DNA from: Deltaproteobacteria bacterium
GTDB lineage: Bacteria; Myxococcota; Kuafuiibacteriia; Kuafuiibacteriales; Kuafuiibacteriaceae
Assembly (NCBI GenBank): GCA_040218735.1
Contig: JAVJQW010000057.1
Span: 448,001 to 512,000, forward strand
Reading direction: 5' to 3'
DNA: 64,000 nt
The position numbers were made by a program, and so were the translations under genes. Shown piece after piece: positions 62,734 through 64,000 of this stretch; within the stretch, counting starts at the first letter, position 1, and each line of letters begins with the position of its first letter. The notes under the pieces were generated by a model that was given only the letters and a program-made list of their open reading frames with translations, was not told where the DNA came from and searched no databases.

Positions 62734-63386
62734 TGTTGGTCGTCCGCCTCCATCGAGTACCCCTCACAGATCGGATTCGCCGACGCGTGGTTGTACGTCT
62801 GAGCGAGACAAGCGCAGACGTAGGTCACAATGCAATGGGGGCAGGACCCATAACCATCGAAGAGCTGATTGGCGTGTTCGATGTCGCAGCGGAGGAAGCG
62901 ATCTCCGGCGACCACCTTCGCTTTGAATGCGTTCGACTCGAGGATGTGTTCGACGGCTTGCCATCCCTCTTCGCCCAGCGTCGTGAAGAACAAGGCGTGC
63001 TCGGCGACGGCTTCGGGATCCGCGAAATCGTGGAACGTCTGCAAGGGCTGTCCTTCGTCGCCGAGGAGGGTGAGTTCCTCGAGCTCGACGGGCTCACCGA
63101 TATCCGAAAAATCCTTCACCATGACGAGGATGTCGAATTCGTCATAGTAGATCGTACAGGAGCCCTCCCCTTCCACCGGAGTTTCACCTTCGTCCCCGTC
63201 GTTCCAATCCTCGAGGCCAAAAGGAGGATTGGACACCGCGTCGTGGTCTTCGTAGTCGTCGGACGGGTCCGACGCCTCGGCACTACTCGCCGACGTGACC
63301 TCCGCCGTCTTTGCTGGCGCGCCGCCGTCGCAAGAGACCACACCCACCACCGTGCACATCGCTACGATTCGTTCGATTCGATTCAT
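62712..63386 (-). CDS. Orphan acidic lipoprotein with Cys-rich C-terminus
   Basis: RBS aaggag; lipobox VVSC; CPHC...CAC...C...C tail; overlaps the CHAT start; lower GC. Confidence 0.7.
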   Translation of the reverse strand: MNRIERIVAMCTVVGVVSCDGGAPAKTAEVTSASSAEASDPSDDYEDHDAVSNPPFGLEDWNDGDEGETPVEGEGSCTIYYDEFDILVMVKDFSDIGEPVELEELTLLGDEGQPLQTFHDFADPEAVAEHALFFTTLGEEGWQAVEHILESNAFKAKVVAGDRFLRCDIEHANQLFDGYGSCPHCIVTYVCACLAQTYNHASANPICEGYSMEADDQQCFPEGL

Positions 63387-63507
63387 CTCTCTACTCCTTC
63401 TGAGATCGTGTCACGTCCTCGGTCCGCATTGATAACTATGATGGGAGGACGACACTTCTTGCGCGGCGCCGATCAGGAAAACTCGCCGGGTCGCGACGCT
63501 CGTCAGG

Positions 63508-64000
63508 TCATCGATCGTCGACGACGACGACGACGCGCGCGGCTTCCCAACCGTCCCCGGTCGCACGAGGTGTGCGGGCCGTCAGCCACGCGGCCAGCGC
63601 CTCTTCTCGCGGCGCCTCGCCGGGTCGATGCACGACGAGCACGAGCACCGCTTCGTCGGTTTCGACTTCGACCAGCCGTCCGACCGAACCGACGAATCTC
63701 GCGGCGCCCGTCGGCGAGACCTCGAGTCGACCTTCGACGGGATGTAGCCGACCGTCACGCACCGCATACACACGCGCCTCGACGGTACTCGACACGCGCG
63801 TCGCCGGCCGCAGGACGACTTCGAGTGGCGCATCGGGCGCAAGCCTTCCTGCAGACCGTGCAATCGCGTCCCCGCGGTAGGTGTCATCGCCCACGTGGAC
63901 CTCGACCTCGTACGCGGGCAGCGGCGACGTTCGGAGGACGAAGGGCAGGACGGCCGCCGCGGTCGCCAGGACCGCGACCGCGAGCCACGGTCCGCGAATC
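63508..64000 (-). CDS. Second anti-sigma-like TM protein (paralog of 58511-59227), 5'-truncated by window edge
   Basis: Frame open to the window end: TM helix then LPAY.VE, V.RP, EVSP.G.AR.VG..G.L, RPG.AP, GDGW, all shared with the first copy. Confidence 0.75.
   Translation of the reverse strand, partial: IRGPWLAVAVLATAAAVLPFVLRTSPLPAYEVEVHVGDDTYRGDAIARSAGRLAPDAPLEVVLRPATRVSSTVEARVYAVRDGRLHPVEGRLEVSPTGAARFVGSVGRLVEVETDEAVLVLVVHRPGEAPREEALAAWLTARTPRATGDGWEAARVVVVVDDR

Overview
High-GC (~70%) bacterial chromosomal window, most consistent with a myxobacterium (Myxococcota), judging from its many lipoproteins, DAG/DGG linkers, a MYXO-CTERM-like motif and CHAT/ECF modules. Left to right: a heme-uptake operon (TonB receptor, an unusual triple-domain HmuY, HmuTUV, HugZ, two coupled unknown ORFs); an exported rhodanese and a lipoprotein-type KatG with an OxyR-like box; a class A PBP; an accessory stretch of secreted/lipoprotein genes (13-32 kb) with an ECF cluster, a four-gene papain-like peptidase operon and a modular S8 protease; tRNA-fMet; core metabolic genes (CaiB, SCP2, HMG-CoA lyase, TDO-like, hom, metF); a peptidase cluster; the DUF4178-DUF350-speE-FAD oxidoreductase cluster; and a right-hand accessory region that starts at a chimeric DUF4139 gene. 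The best candidate novel system lies in that last region: a membrane-anchored TPR-CHAT (caspase-like) protease next to an ECF sigma factor, two paralogous transmembrane anti-sigma-like proteins and orphan lipoproteins. Second best is an ORF (13041-14594) that looks like a surface enzyme with an internal MYXO-CTERM signal fused to a second signal peptide and a beta-barrel. No CRISPR array, rRNA, transposase or integrase was seen. All family calls come from motif recognition by eye; no searches were run.
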